From Neoechinorhynchus agilis (taxonomy: Eukaryota; Animalia; Acanthocephala), in the NCBI GenBank assembly GCA_051530055.1, contig JBMGUZ010000093.1, positions 1-7,570 of the forward strand: a DNA stretch of 7,570 nt, written 5' to 3'. This document shows positions 6,922 through 7,570 of this stretch, piece by piece. The notes below the pieces were generated by a model. The model did no database searches. It was not told the origin of the DNA and saw only the letters and a list, made by a program, of their open reading frames with translations. The translations under genes and the position numbers were made by a program. Position 1 is the stretch's first letter. Every line of letters begins with the position of its first letter.

Positions 6922-7570
6922 ATGAATGCTAGAAAATTCAGAGCATTGGGTATCGCAACTGCAACTTTGTTCTTTGCTACTTCAATTTTAAGTTGGATTT
7001 CAATATGCAGCCATCATACGTGGACACGAGTTCGGGGTACGAATTTCACCATTAGAATCTTCGGCCATTCATCCAGGAATCAGACGTCGCCTCTGCCTCC
7101 GATTTACTTCCCTTTCATTGAAAGTGAGTTTCCTTGTTTCTTTTATAAAATTCCTTTTGTTAGAAAGACTAATAGGCATGTTGCTGGTAATGTGCGCAGG
7201 ATTCGAAACAGCGGCTATTCTCATGGCCGTGTTTCATTTTCTATCCCAAGGACGGCTCCGGATCTTGTGGCTGCAAGTTTCTTCGGTCTTTGGACAAATC
7301 TCTTGTAAGTGTCGCCTACTATTGTAAATATTCTTGATCTTTGTCCTAAGTGACCTATCAACAAGTGGGAATCGGATCGTTTGTTTTCTACGTCAAAGAG
7401 AAGGACCGTCGATTTTGCTATCCATTTTATTTGGTGATTGCAAGCTGCCTTTTTTCGATCTTATCCTTTATATTCTCTCAAACAGCGACATTTATTCTCG
7501 GCACGGAGGTAAAGAAAATATCAGAAGAGTTTTCTGAAACGCTTGTTCCTCCACTGAAATATTTCCTAGA
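6922..7570 (+). CDS. Four-transmembrane protein, claudin/PMP22/EMP superfamily-like; exons 6922-7123, 7164-7304, 7351 to at least 7508 (runs to the window end)
   Basis: Introns 7124-7163 (GTGAGT...TTGTTAG, 40 bp) and 7305-7350 (GTAAGT...CCTAAG, 46 bp), both phase 1, give a continuous frame. TM1 ALGIATATLFFATSILSWISICS is followed by HHTW and sequons NFT and NQT. TM2 is LIGMLLVMCAGFETAAILMAVFHFL and TM3 is RILWLQVSSVFGQISLTYQQVGIGSFVFYV. TM4 FCYPFYLVIASCLFSILSFIF resembles the (F/Y)G(W/Y)SFYL motif. A further intron at 7509-7569 is possible. Confidence 0.7.

Noticed and set aside
7124-7537. The C-terminal half of ORF 6922-7308 and the ORF 7334-7537 as given in the track
   Set aside because: Read-through of introns in the wrong frame; the spliced model explains the region.
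1-7570. Prokaryotic or viral systems (CRISPR arrays, operons), tRNA and rRNA genes
   Set aside because: None seen; spliceosomal introns and metazoan-type genes indicate nuclear eukaryotic DNA.

Overview
AT-rich (roughly one-third GC by eye), gene-dense eukaryotic DNA, most likely from a compact-genome animal, with very short GT-AG introns (40-51 bp). Because of the introns, the ORF track breaks the genes into fragments. Hand-splicing gives five main elements. (1) A probable Lys-rich terminal exon of an upstream + strand gene (38-193). (2) A 2-exon GT31 core-1 beta-1,3-galactosyltransferase (C1GALT1-like) gene on the - strand (1830-2767, 295 aa). (3) A 6-exon, 470-aa, strongly divergent TFIIA large-subunit (alpha/beta) homologue on the - strand (3397-5045). 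It has both TFIIA terminal modules but no Taspase1 Q-x-D-G site and no C-terminal Trp, and a 90-bp tandem duplication lies just upstream. (4) A decayed Penelope-like retroelement ORF fragment (- strand, about 6298-6582) whose distal part is folded back into a roughly 105-bp-stem inverted repeat (6160-6403). (5) A 4-TM claudin/PMP22-like gene on the + strand (6922 to beyond the window end). All family assignments rest on recalled motifs, not database searches. The best leads are the divergent TFIIA paralog and the retroelement-derived long hairpin.
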